From: Ionaspis alba | Taxonomy: Eukaryota | Direction: 5' to 3' | Length of the DNA stretch: 63,544 bases | Assembly: GCA_964255285.1 (NCBI GenBank) | Contig: CAXUUL010000021.1 | Coordinates: forward strand, 1 to 63,544 | Shown here: positions 24,401 to 36,480 of the stretch, piece after piece | How the letters are laid out: each line of letters begins with the position of its first letter | Numbering within the stretch: the first letter of the stretch is position 1 | Position numbers and translations under genes: made by a program | Notes under the pieces: generated by a model | Database searches by the model: none | What the model saw: the letters and a program-made list of their open reading frames with translations, nothing else | Told to the model about the DNA's origin: nothing

Positions 24401-25453
24401 ATACGTTTCCAAGAAAACTCCGAATCAGCGGGATCGAGATACAAGTTCGATCGCATGATTTTGATGCCCTGCTCGTTCACCCAGACAACGTACTTTCCGC
24501 TCAGGGACCACTTGATAGTACTGATACTACCCTCGCCAGAATGTAGCACCGTATCTGTGCCGTTGTTGGAGCCCAGACCAATCGTACCTAGCCAACCCGA
24601 AGCTAGTGTAGCACCTCCTGTGGTGTTTGATGTCGAGCTCGTCCCAGACCGTCCTCCTGCTGTCAGTACCAAGTTGCCCGCCAGGCCACCGGATATGTAG
24701 GAGCGATCATTCTTGTAATCGGGAGACAAAGCCACTGCTTGCACAGGCCGGCCAAAATTCCGTAGTAGCACATCTTTTGAGTCGACTAACGAAGACACGC
24801 AGACGTTGCCATCTATAGAAGAAGTGGCAATGTGGATAGCATTCGATGGGGTTGCAGGAACTTGAGGTTGCCTCGGGCTCTTGGCGGAAGGTGATGCAGA
24901 AGTAGATGCGTACGAGGACGGAGAACGCTTGAGAGACTCGCGGGTCTCCAAAGAAAGCCTGCTGATTGTGTCTGATTTTGCGCTTGGTAACGATGGTGGG
25001 TTTGGCGATATCGATATCGCTGTGACAGAGGCCGAATGGGCATGGTAAACCCTTAGAGATTGGAATGAAGGTAGCGAGAAAACATGCTACATCTATGTCA
25101 GAACTACCTCTGGGGTTGCACAGTGACGGAATTACCTACAATGTTTCCATTATGGGTTCCTATGATCTATTCGAGATTTAGTATCAAGCTCATGACCCCT
25201 ATTCCAACAGCACTTATGCTGTATAATTGTGTCATACCATCTTATCTCCGGCCACCATGAAAGCACTCGTAGCATCTCCATTTCGATATACAGATGCTTG
25301 AATTTTGGTCAACGATGCATATTTCAACCGTGGTTCGTCGTCGTCATCCTCTTCTTCTTCTTCGTCGCTGTGTGCTTCCATATTGCCGCTGGTTCCCGAA
25401 TTTGGCGCTGTCTTAGAACCATCCTGGCCTTCTTCCTCGACATCCAGCGCCAT
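21492..25453 (-). CDS. VPS41: Vacuolar protein sorting protein Vps41 (HOPS subunit); exons 25453-25238, 25166-25140, 25086-24071, 24024-21492
   Basis: Acidic N-terminus, then EPRLKY; WD region (FGRPVQAVALSPDY, VLHSGEG); clathrin-repeat region (AIAFAKEQNDSELWNNLLDY, LVRRIPEGLEVPGL); C-terminal RING-like CTGC...CGHIFHLPC. Confidence 0.93.
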
Positions 25454-25749
25454 GCGGATACTATGGAGCTGTCAAAATCCCATATTGCGGGTCGCAGAGA
25501 TGGTCGTCACGAACAACGAATTGGACCTGATCGACAAGTTCCCGGTTCACGGTTTCTTCGCGCCGGTATTCCTCGGCCCGGCGCCTCGGCTCGCCAGCCC
25601 TCGTCTATAAGCCCTCCATGGTTGAATTCTGCGTAATAAGTTCTGGGTTACTTACGCATCAAACTTTCTATTGTCAACCTCAAGTGTAGTCTTTCGTGCC
25701 CACCTGGTTACAGAGCTTTTCAGATTTATGTTTCTCGCTTCGAGAGGTT

Positions 25750-27235
25750 ATGATTTGTTCTCGACATCTCCAAAGCAGACTTGTGACAGAGACGATCTTT
25801 CCAAGTGCAACCGGACGCTATCTCTTCAAAAGTAAACTACCAGAGTGCCGCTTTTCGTGCATATCACCCTGTAGACCAGTCGTGAGTAATTCCGCCGTAC
25901 GGGTACTCTCAAATCGGCTGTACAGTTTTACTTCGATCGACATCGGGCAAGATGCCAAGCAGGAGTTTAGCAAGCAGGAAGGTAGCGCTCCGGAACAGGA
26001 TCAAAGTCAACGGCGGAAGAAGAGAAGGCCTCCAGCAGCTAAGACATCGCTGAAACAAACCGCACTGGAGGCTCAAAGATCTCTCGGTGGGGGCCAACCG
26101 CAGAAGACTGTACCTCCAGATGAGGCCTCTAGGAACAAGGTAATTTGAGTTGCTTCTCGCTGGATCACAAAGACCGATTTGGTAACGGGATAAATAGATC
26201 GTGTCTGCCTACTGTGTGGCCGAAGAACTTGACATGATCCATGTTGGTCAGATCCTACAGAGTCAAGGATATAAACTCGACCCTTGTGGGACTAAGCTGT
26301 ATCCTCAAGTAGTGCATATCGAGATGCCAATCAGCTGGAAGAAGACGCCGCACGCCATCAACGAGGATCCTTTTGCACCCACAGGAGATGTCTTCATTTT
26401 CCCATCCGGGACCGTGGTGGCGTGGGGTGTACCGGAAGCTTCTGTTTCCTGGCTGGCGGCCAAAACGTTGCGTTCTGCAGCCCGTAATCCCCTTCAAGAA
26501 AACAGGATCGAGACTGAAGATCTGGAGTATGCTGAAGACCTCAATCGCGACAACAGCGTCCTCAAAGGCGATACCATCATCCTCGGGGCCAAAAATCAAT
26601 CGACCCACATCAAACGCCCGTCCACTTCGGACTCGACGGACGATATGTCAGCCTTAGTGGAGCCCGAAGTTCGTAGTAAGGAGCAACGTCGAGAAATTGA
26701 CACCGTTCTTGCCAAGATAGCCTTCTCGTCAGGTCTTGCACGGTCTACAAAGCTAGCCGTCCTAGAAAGCCTTCTAACAGACTACTTCGAGTCTACAAGA
26801 TCCATACCTACAATACTGTCCGGCAACGGTCGTCTGCCCTTCACCCGTGCCTCAATACTGCAAAATATTGGACAGCTCCTTAGTATTCGAGCTCAATTGA
26901 ACCTCTACTCTGAGCTGACTGATTCTTTGCCTGACCTCTTCTGGGATAGTCGTCACGAGCTTGGCTTGGAAGCGTACTTCGATCAAGTTGGAAAGGCACT
27001 CGACGTCGGAATACGAATCAAAATACTCAACGAAAAAATTGACTACTCTCAAGAGATTGCAAGCGTCCTTCGCGAGCAGCTGAGCGAGAAACACGGCTTT
27101 CGACTCGAATGGGTAATCATTATCCTGATCGCGGTTGAGATTAGTTTGACCATGCTTTTTGAAGCTCGCCGATCGTTGAAAGAACATCAGCTGAGCAAGG
27201 TTGTGGAGGAGCAGTCCGTGATCTCTAAGAGATGA
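25750..27235 (+). CDS. RMD1/DUF155 family protein, mitochondrial type (Mrx10/RMND1-like); exons 25750-26139, 26198-27235
   Basis: Motifs AYCVAEE, DVFIFPSGTVVAWG, AFSSGLARSTKL, LDVGIRIKILNEK and RLEWVIIILIAVEI. Presequence-like N-terminus. Intron 26140-26197. Confidence 0.88.
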
Positions 27236-28659
27236 TTCCAAGCTGATGGTCAATTGTCTCTGCTCAATGCATGATTCGACCAAGGACATGTCAGTCCTAT
27301 TTTGCCTGTGCTTTGTTTGCGATATACCCCTCTCGGCTCTATATTTATCTCTAATCAATAGACATTGAGACATTTTGTTGTTGCACCATCTACTCATTAA
27401 GTCTCCATATGTTCTTGGTATCTTGCAGTTGGTAGTGAAAATATTATGTGGTACATTGGTGTACAACAGGACAGTCCCTTTCCCAACGTATGATGGCTCG
27501 AAAGAGCGGTCTGCCAGGAGATTCTCGCAAGGGCAAGTGGAATGATGCAAGACATCGGTGCTTCTAATCCTTGGGGAGACGCGGATGCTTCTCAAAGGCC
27601 TGAGCCTCCCCGATATTCTGAATAGCCTACTCGAACTTTCCAGCAAGCCCTCGATATGGGTCTCAATTGGTTTGACTTACAGGTGGCGCCGATTGGGCTC
27701 CTCACCGTACAGTCCCATACATCACCCAGATTTACACACCAAAATCCGGTGGCTCTTACTAGCATCAAGTTTCTCAAATGGATCGGTTGTCTATCATAAA
27801 ACTATGTTCATTGCAATATTGTTTTCTGCTCCTCAGTCACTGATACAATCTTGCATCCTGCAAAGGCCTAACCTCCTCGCTGCAAGAAAATGCATGCCCA
27901 ATCCTGTCATCCTCTCTACTCACCTCCTCATACATAAGCGGCAACACTGCAATATCACGGTCGTTCTCCTCCGGCTTCGGGTGACACGCCGTAGCAGTTG
28001 CTGAGCTACAACTCGACACGATTAAAATACCAACTCTATATCTGCGAGAGCCGACGCCGAAGAGCACGAGGATGATAAAGCCCCTGACAATGAGCATGAA
28101 GATAATAGCAACGACTGACAATGGCATGCCTTGATAGCAAGGCTTTTGTCATGCCCGCCGTTAGAGTCGTAGACTGCGATTTGCACAAGGACGATTCATT
28201 GCGAAACGAACCATTGCAACCTTTAAGAATTGCATGCTTGCACCTGTGTCCACATGCTGCAAAAAGATGCATCAATTTGACTCATTGCTTGACATTGGCT
28301 GGGAGTAACGTCAGTGTAAATTGCGGTCCTTGGGATTTGTCCGCCATCTATATGCATGTGGCAACTCGTCTATCCTGCTCATATAATGCATAGAAGGCTT
28401 CTTCTGCAGACCTACTGTCACGCAATATATCAAGATGGAATGAAACGGTGGAATGATCACCCTTCGAGGCCATTTGTCGCACCAAAATCATCTCGTATCT
28501 GCAATGGTTGAAATCTCTATTCTAGATAGTCCCCACCCATTGCAGTATTTTGAGACTATGATCGGAGGTTCTGCTGCCGAACTCCCGATGGAAACCCTGC
28601 AATAATTTCTCTCAAGATGGACGCACGCGGTAGGTATCCATTTCCTTTACCACAGCAGC

Positions 28660-31600
28660 ATGCGACGGCGAACCATCTTGGTACATATGGCATCTTGTGA
28701 GCAGCCTGGAAGGAAGCTCTCACTGACAGTGCACAGACAGCCCGTACACAAGACCTTTGCATCTTTTGCACATTGCGCCTCCAACCACTTGCCGAACGCC
28801 CCCGTGGCCGACCATATGCACAACGGCGATTACTCAATTCGTCTGCTCCTTCGAGAAGGCCAACGCAAGTCACTGCTGTTCTCGGACGAGAGGAAAGCGT
28901 CTACAATCCTTCAGATCTACAACAATTAAGCCGAGAAAATGGTCACTCCAACTCAGCGCAACCGAAGGGGAGGACTAGCTACACAACCTCGCCAACCCAT
29001 GATCGGACGCGCATCAAACCCATTAATGAAAGACGCAAGGTCATTAGAGATCTTAGAACCATAGAAGCCACGATGATGGGATCTCCGCTGTCCCAAGCCA
29101 TGTTCAAATCTCCGGCTCAGAATTCGAGAAATAATGAGAAATATCGGGGACCTCATCAAGCCAAGGACAGGAACTTGATAGGGATCTCTCTCAAGGAACA
29201 GGCGGTCGATATTAAGAACAATGCACCACCGTCCTCACGCGACGAAATCTTAAAGCATCACATAGAAGATCTACGTGGACAACACCTGCCAACTTACCGC
29301 GTTTGCTCTCCGGAGGAAATAGCCCGATCAGCAGAACAAAGAAAGAAGACCATAGGGCCTGATCGCTGGGTTTGTGAAACTTGTGCCAGGAAATGTTCTG
29401 TGCTCGACGATGCTTGTATTAGATGTTGGAACCCCCGTGACAAGTCTGAGGAGGGGATTCAAAAAGCTAAAGCGATGAAGGCGAAGCAGCTAGCCTTTCT
29501 TAAAAAAGGACTCAGCCCAGGGCATTGGATTTGTACTCAATGTTTGTATGTACATGCTTTTGCCGAACGCTCTTGGTGCCATCGATGCAACACTTTTCGA
29601 AGCAATGATACACTTCAGAGTAGCGACAGCCAACAAGATGGCATGGGTAGCGTCCTTGACGCTCGAATTGCAGCTGCCGTAGCAGACCAGAGGCAAATGG
29701 ACACTCTGGCTACCAATGCTCAATCGTGGGCTAGTAAAGGCAATTGGTCTTGCATAGAGTGCGGCCATCAAAATAGCAGGCAGGATTGGGTCTGCCGGGA
29801 ATGTCAGACCTCTCGAGAAGCCGTTCCGCATCAGAACACCGTTGCGCCCAAGACAAGCCATACTCAGGAGGTCAATTCTGACCAGTACTGGAGGCATCTC
29901 AAGCGTAAAGGGAGATCAAATGGTCCTCCAGACAAGGGAACTTCATCTAACGAGGCGTCTGAAGTGGTCTCTGAGCTCGACGCCAATGGACTATTCAGTC
30001 GAAGGGAGGAAGAGCAACAAGCGCGATTCCGCAAAGCAGCAGAGGGAAATTTCGTTGGATTTGATACTGACCCAGAATTACTTCCTAACATTAGAAGAAC
30101 CTTTGCCGAGCCATCAGACTCATTGACCGGGCCAATGACCTCTGCTCCCACATCAAAAAAGGAGAACATGATCATCCGGCATTATCCCACGGAAGGGAAA
30201 GACCCACCACTGGAACACTCGGCTTACTACTGGGCGCCCGCACAGGAAAGAGGGGACGACTCAGATTTCAAGAGGAACCTAGTAAGAAACGTTACGATCG
30301 GTGTAGGCGGAGTGGAACAAAGCGACGCTGAAACTGTGATGGAGCGGGACTCGGGTGTGGCAAGAGGAAGAGCAAGGTCAGGTTTTCCAGAGCAGGAAAA
30401 TGTCGCCAGGAGTTACAAACCAGCCTCGTCGGCTCAAGACAGAGATCGTGTGTACGCGAGACAGCGCTCTCATGCTGCTCTGGATGACTTTGATGATTAT
30501 GAAGTTGATGATGCACCATCAAGCTTTGAGCGCAAACGGCAACGAAAGAAAAATAAGATTGCCCAGAAGGCTGCAGCAGCCCCAACGCCCATCATACTTC
30601 CCGAATTTATCAGTATCGGTAACTTGGCTACTGCTCTGAAAGTCAGGGTCGAGGATTTCGTAAGGAAAATGAAGGTGCTTGGGTTTAGCGAAACAAGCAA
30701 TGATCATATTCTCGACGCTGAGACTGCAGGCCTGATTGTTACAGAATTCAATTTTGAGCCGATGCTCGATCAGGAAGACGGCGCAGATCTCGTTGCTTTG
30801 CCTCCCACTGAAGACAAATCTCTTCTGCTATCTCGCCCGCCAGTTATCACTATAATGGGACACGTCGACCACGGCAAAACTACATTGCTAGACTGGTTGC
30901 GGAAATCCTCTGTCGCAGCCTCCGAGCATGGCGGTATCACTCAACATATTGGAGCCTTTACGGTTCCTATGCCTTCTGGAAGAGTCATCACGTTCCTCGA
31001 TACTCCCGGTCACGCAGCTTTCCTAAGTATGCGTCAACGAGGAGCCAATGTTACGGATATCGTGATACTTGTCGTTGCGGCAGACGATAGCGTGAAACCG
31101 CAAACCATAGAAGCCATCAAGCACGCTCAAGCAGCCAAAGTCCCCATGATCGTCGCTATCAATAAGATCGACAAAGAAGACTCCAACATCGAGCGCGTCA
31201 AGCAAGATCTCTCGCGCCACGGTGTCGAAATCGAGGACTTTGGCGGGGAAACCCAAGTCGTTTGCGTCAGCGGAAAAACAGGTCAAGGCATGGAAGAGCT
31301 CGAAGATGCCGCTGTAGCCCTCGCAGACGTCCTTGACATGCGGGCCGAGACAGACGGCCAAGTCGAAGGCTGGGTCTTGGAAGCCACGACGCGAAAAGCC
31401 GGCCGTGTAGCAACCGTACTCATTCGTCGCGGAACCATTGCACCTGGCGCCGTTGTCGTAGCCGGCAAAACCTGGGCGCGTGTCCGGGCTCTCCGCAATG
31501 AAGCAGGTACCTCCATTTCCTCTGCCGGACCCGGAACACCAGTCGAGATCGACGGCTGGCGCGAACAGCCTGAAGCCGGTGACGAGGTCCTCCAAGCACC

Positions 31601-32477
31601 GAATGAGCGCCGTGCACGTGAGGTCGTCGAGTACCGGCTTTCCCGTAGTGACAAGTCAAAGATGGCGGAAGATGTCGTCGCTGTTAACGAGGCTCGTCGC
31701 GCTGAACAGGAGAAGCGTGAAAGGGAAGCTCGGTTGGGAGACGAAGGCGAGGCGAGAGCCACTCGGGACACCGCAACAGGCATGAAAGAGATCCCTTTCA
31801 TTATTCGTGCGGATGTCTCGGGTTCCGTCGAAGCTGTCCTCAATTCTGTCTCTTCTCTCGGGAACTCCGAAGTGCGTCCCAGCATCCTCCGCACAGCTGT
31901 CGGACCTGTAACATCTTCGGATATCGAGCATGCGGCTGTTGCCAAGGGTCATATAATCTCTTTCAATACGTCCACCAGTGCTGATGTGCGACGCCTCGCC
32001 GAGAGCAGTGGCGTGACGATTCTGGAACAGAATATCATTTACAGGTTGATTGATGACGTTAAGAAGAAATTGGAGGAGGTGCTGCCGTCGCAGGTGACGC
32101 AGAGGGTCGTGGGAGAAGCGGAGATCGCGCAGGTGTTTGACATCAATGTCAAGAAGAGAGTTATGGTGCCGATTGCGGGATGTAGGGTAAGGAATGGGGT
32201 CATTTCTAGAGGCACGAAGGTCAGGGTGCTCAGGAATAAGGCTGTTGTTTTTGAAGGTATGTTCTACTTCGTCCTCTTCTCCTTTGGGGTTTTATCGGAT
32301 GGGCCTTGTTAATTCGTGGTTACAGGCGCCCTTTCATCCCTCAAAAGTCAGAAGAAAGATGTCACGGAGATGCGTAAGGGCACGGAGTGTGGTCTTAGCT
32401 TTGAGGACTTCACGGCCTTCCGGATCGGTGATCTTGTGCAATGCTATGAAGAGAAGAGTGAGCGTCGGACTCTTTGA
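28660..32477 (+). CDS. IFM1: Mitochondrial translation initiation factor IF2 with long N-terminal extension; exons 28660-28680, 28737-32256, 32326-32477
   Basis: G-domain motifs RPPVITIMGHVDHGKTTLLD, GGITQHIGAF, DTPGHAAF and NKID; C-terminal KKDVTEMRKGTECG. The spliced start MRRRTILTARTQDLCIFCTLR is presequence-like. Confidence 0.95.
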
Positions 32478-32985
32478 GTAGATCCAATATTAGGTGGGTA
32501 GAGAACCCGATGGCAGGAAATATAGATGTTCTATTGAGTTGGCCAACTGTGAGATTAAGTGATGTGCTACGGGATGTATCTTTAGCAGAAGTATACATAG
32601 ATCAGAGCCTTGGTGTGGCAGCGAATCTATCGTCCGATCGATGCTCAACGGAATTGTCATCTCATTTTATTAACGGTAAACCATTTCTCCCATACTTTTT
32701 AGTTCTGTCAGTGACTGGCACAGTCACTCTAGAGTGTACATGTTGATGCATTAAGCTTGCAGACGTTCACTGACAGTGCCGCCCGCTCTATGATCATATA
32801 TCACAGATCAATGTGATGTAATGTAGAAGAGTAGAGACAGAAGGACCATCAGTGCATTGAGCTGACACGCCGATTCCATGCTTGATCATCCTGTCTAAGC
32901 CAACAGCATGGATGTCCAGTCACACTCAAGCGGGGTATTTGCCATCCACATACGCCCATGTTCACTCTATTCACTGCCTGCACCC

Positions 32986-34580
32986 TCAGAAAAATAGCTC
33001 ATCAAGCCCATTTTTCGTCTTTGCCCGATCTGCAGCCATCAAAGCAGCAAATCCCATTAGGGGACGAGTATCCACAGTCGGACTAGGATACTGCTGACCA
33101 AGAAAGTTCTCAGAATCGTGAGCCGAGGTAACGTCCTGCAGGACGGCAGCGGGATTTGCGGCAACGTTGATATCTCCACCACCGGCTGAAAGAGATGGCG
33201 GCGATAGGTGTTGAGCCTGTGAGTGATACGGCATCGTAAAGCTAGGTTCAGTGTACCCAACTCCAAAGGACGTTGGTGTAGACGTGGCAAAGACATCTTC
33301 GTGATTGCCACTGTCAAACACAACGCCATCGTTCGCTCCATCGATAGTCCCCTCAGCGGCAGTACCCTTCTTGCCATTTTTCAACCCACCTTTCTTTGGC
33401 GTGGCAGCAGCCTTAGCCCTACCACCTCTTACACCACCTCTAGGCCTCTTGCTCCTGTTCGTGTACGACTTATCCTCTATCAGCTTCCTCTTCTGGTTCC
33501 TCGTTCCTTTCTTCGGTTTCTTCTCCGTCCACCCCGCTTCAGCTTCATCTTCCTCGGCGTTGCGAGAGGCAGCATTTAGAGCCGCAATTTCGCTGTCTGC
33601 AAAACGGACTCTACGCTCGCCTGACTGTTGGCTTGAAGAATGCTTCTTGGGTACGAGGGTGCCAGTCAGAGAGCTATATTCGACGGAATTGGGGATGAAA
33701 GACGTGGACGAGCGGCGGGAGTAATCGTAGGCCGTGGATTCATTGTCGTCGGCACTCATTTTGTCTGACGATGTAGCGAGATGCTCGTCGTCGGCTTCTG
33801 TGATGGTATCAAAATTTGTGATTGCAGTCTCAATTCCAGTCGAGGCTGATTCTTTGCTTCCGCTGTCCTTTGCAAAGTCGGTGATGTGACCGGCTGATCG
33901 GTAGAGAGATGGAGAGACAGGAGGAGTTGGGAAAGAAAGAAGTCCTGGGTCAGGTGTGTAGGGCTTGGTGGCGGAAGACGAAAGGTTGTGGTCGATCTTG
34001 ATACCAACCCAGTAGGATGTGAAGAGGTCGCCATGAAGAATCTAGAGATAGAAGGGTCAGGTAAGGCAATAAGACTTCGGGCAGAGGCAAGCAAGAGAAA
34101 GTGAGGGGGCAAAAAAATATGAGACCAAAAGACCCTTCTCAACTGAAGATGCCAAACACCTGTTGACAGTGAGTGCATAAGAAGTCTGAAGTCATCCAGG
34201 AAAATGGTGCTGAAGCTGTGGCGTCGTTTTGGGATACTTGGTCCTCGCAGCGTGAAAGCAAACAATCTACAAGATGAAACTACCTACAGCGTTGTACCAA
34301 GAGAATTTGTATGCTGGGTCAAGATCAGACGCATCCAGACTCGTCAGAACGTTCAGGTCCACTTCTTCACGCGAAATCTTGGCGATCGTTCGCCTAGCCA
34401 CATGCTTTTTGACATGTCTGTTCGCGGATCCGAGGTAGAGTTCAAAAAGGCCCTATAAGTGTTCGCTATCAGCTTGAGAGACTTCTCGATTTTCAGAATT
34501 GTGTGAAGCTGCGATGGTGTTGTGACCGTGACACGAGTGTTGTTGTTCTCGCTTGAAACATCTGAAAGGCTTACAGTCAT
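32986..34580 (-). CDS. Orphan multi-exon protein with basic K/R/G-rich (NLS-like) segment
   Basis: The 257-aa ORF frame stays open upstream to an acceptor at 34042 (CTGAC...TAG|ATTCTTCATGGC). ATGACT|GTAAGC at 34580 splices to a protein-like exon starting at 34452 (GLFELYLGSANRHVKKHVARR...). The middle junctions are uncertain. Confidence 0.45.
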
Positions 34581-35424
34581 GTTTGATAAGCCGATTTCTT
34601 CTGAACGAATAGAGCAAATGTCAAGACGAGGCCAAAACTGTCTGCTGGTGGATAGCTTCGGGTTGAGCTAGATCTTGTGAAGCATGGCGAGGTGTTGTTC
34701 GGAAGACACAAAGCGAGCGACCTTTTTCGCGCAGCGTAAACGCGTTCGCGATAATTCAGCATGAGTAGCAGCACGTTAGGTCAACAACAATATGCTCCGG
34801 GCCTGATCAATAAAGCTGCTCTGGTTACGAGCATATATCCTGGTAGAGCACTTAACTTGCTTCGAACAACTTGTCTAGAAATTGGTATATTCCAAGTCCG
34901 CTGTCCCTTTGATCCCCGACAGCATGACAAGAGAATTTAGTCTTCCCAATCGTACAAAGACGCTCCAAACAGGAACGAAGTATAATGTTCAATCATGAGC
35001 CTCCACTGATATAGAACAACAGGGCCATCGGGCTTTGAGCAGGAAAACAATGATAGCCCCCTTCCCAATGTATTATCGATGAGGCAGAATAGATATCACG
35101 ACAAGGAGAATTGCTGACATGATTTGTACAGTAGTCATATTGAAGTCGACAGATAGGTAGAGCAGGACCTTGCATTCTGGTCGGGCTCTGGGACATTGAA
35201 GTTACCTGGTACGGTACCCTTCCACCGCAACGTAAATGGGGAGTAGACAACCGGCAAGACTCAGGTCGTGTCCTCCAAACTTTGTGTCGGAGAGATCCCG
35301 GCATACATGTCGTGATCAAATGTGAAGTACCACGCAGAGCTGGCTATGCTTTGAGCGAGTACAAGAAGAATAGAAAGTAGTAATAAAGATGTTACAACCC
35401 AAAGGAACTAGGGGTAATGTCCCT

Positions 35425-36252
35425 TCACCTTGCCTTCCATCTCACTCTGCGCACCCATCGAGCCCAAGCCTGAACATCCTCTCTCTCCATCAACAGCTCG
35501 ACACTCCATAAGTCCTTTCCAAGCTCCTCATTACTTGCTATCCGATGCACAAAGCTGTGGCAAGCTCGGCAGAGCCAAGCGACACTATTCAGTCTCCATT
35601 CCTCGTGCCACTTCCTCTTGAGAGCCTTCTCGTGTACTTGTTTTGGAATAAGATGGTGATAGGTCAGAGGTATCCAATCACGGTCACATATTTCACAAGC
35701 GGAAGTTCGAGTTGTGGCCCAAACAGGAGGAGGAGCAGCGACAGCAGCGACATAATCTGCGAGGACGGAGACCAAAAGATTGTGGAAGTCGAAGGATGAG
35801 GGGAGCAGGGCATAGGTTTCGAACGAGTCTGTGACTGACGCCGGTAATCTTGGAGCTATGCTCTCTGCTAAGGCTGAGCCTGATAGAGTATCATACTGCT
35901 TTGCCATCCGTGCGTCGTTCTGTAGAGCACTATAGGACAAGAGTTGCAGTTCTTCTGGGAGTGCCTCGAAAATCTCGGTGCTCAGGTACTGCGGACTATT
36001 AGCACGGATCACACAAGCTATGGTTTCGCATACGTCCAGGAACTCCGCTAGGTCATCGTTTTCGTTGCTGGTTGGTCCCGCACCACTACGTATTGGTGCT
36101 TGGGGGGAGGACAGGATAGCTTTTCTTTGGCCCTTGGTGCGGCCCGGTCGAGGTGGCGGAGAGGTTGTCCGGTGGATTACTTCTAGGACAGATGACGCAA
36201 AACAATCACGGAAAGTTGCATAATTTGAGGACCTTGTGGCAGAGGAGCTCAT
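35425..36252 (-). CDS. HNH-like zinc-binding protein (YisB-like)
   Basis: CEICDR...LTYHHLIPK...NSVAWLCRACHSFVH signature. ATG at 36252. In-frame 45-nt intron at 35989-36033 (GTATGC...GCTAAT...CAG). Confidence 0.8.
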   Translation of the reverse strand: MSSSATRSSNYATFRDCFASSVLEVIHRTTSPPPRPGRTKGQRKAILSSPQAPIRSGAGPTSNENDDLAEFLDVCETIACVIRANSPQYLSTEIFEALPEELQLLSYSALQNDARMAKQYDTLSGSALAESIAPRLPASVTDSFETYALLPSSFDFHNLLVSVLADYVAAVAAPPPVWATTRTSACEICDRDWIPLTYHHLIPKQVHEKALKRKWHEEWRLNSVAWLCRACHSFVHRIASNEELGKDLWSVELLMEREDVQAWARWVRRVRWKAR

Positions 36253-36480
36253 GGCTATAGAAGAGTACAGGCATTCTACTCCTGGACGTGCAATTGAAGT
36301 GAAAATCACAACACCTTAAGAGTGAAAAGGCAGAAGGTCGTTGAAAGATGACATCTACCAAGAGCTTACTAGACTAGTCTAGATACAGCGTAGAAGCAGT
36401 TGTCAGGCGCCCGACTCGGACAACCTCGTTGACCCAATCATGCCAATCCAGATCCATGCAAGGGAGTCCGGAGGTCTTCT

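Noticed and set aside
25005..25020. 16-bp palindrome GCGATATCGATATCGC
   Set aside because: It lies inside VPS41 coding sequence (AISIS) and is probably coincidental.
25680..25690. TCAAGTGTAGT resembling part of U2 snRNA
   Set aside because: The match is only 11 nt and the flanks do not resemble U2.
27226..27250. Possible cryptic PTS1 (TCCAAGCTG = SKL) just after the RMD1-family stop
   Set aside because: It is out of frame, is not followed by a stop, and the stop lacks the TGA-CTA read-through context.
26852..27646. 264-aa minus-strand ORF
   Set aside because: About half of it is the antisense shadow of the RMD1-family gene, it has a non-ATG start, and it has no motifs.
27837..28127. 96-aa ATG ORF with hydrophobic N-terminus
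   Set aside because: It could be a small membrane protein, but nothing beyond hydrophobicity supports it.
31023..31952. Long antisense ORFs over the IF2 G-domain
   Set aside because: Shadow frames produced by GC-rich codon usage of IFM1.
36369..36382. 14-bp palindrome CTAGACTAGTCTAG upstream of the HNH-like gene
   Set aside because: It is a single low-complexity CTAG-based palindrome with no known factor or other copies seen.
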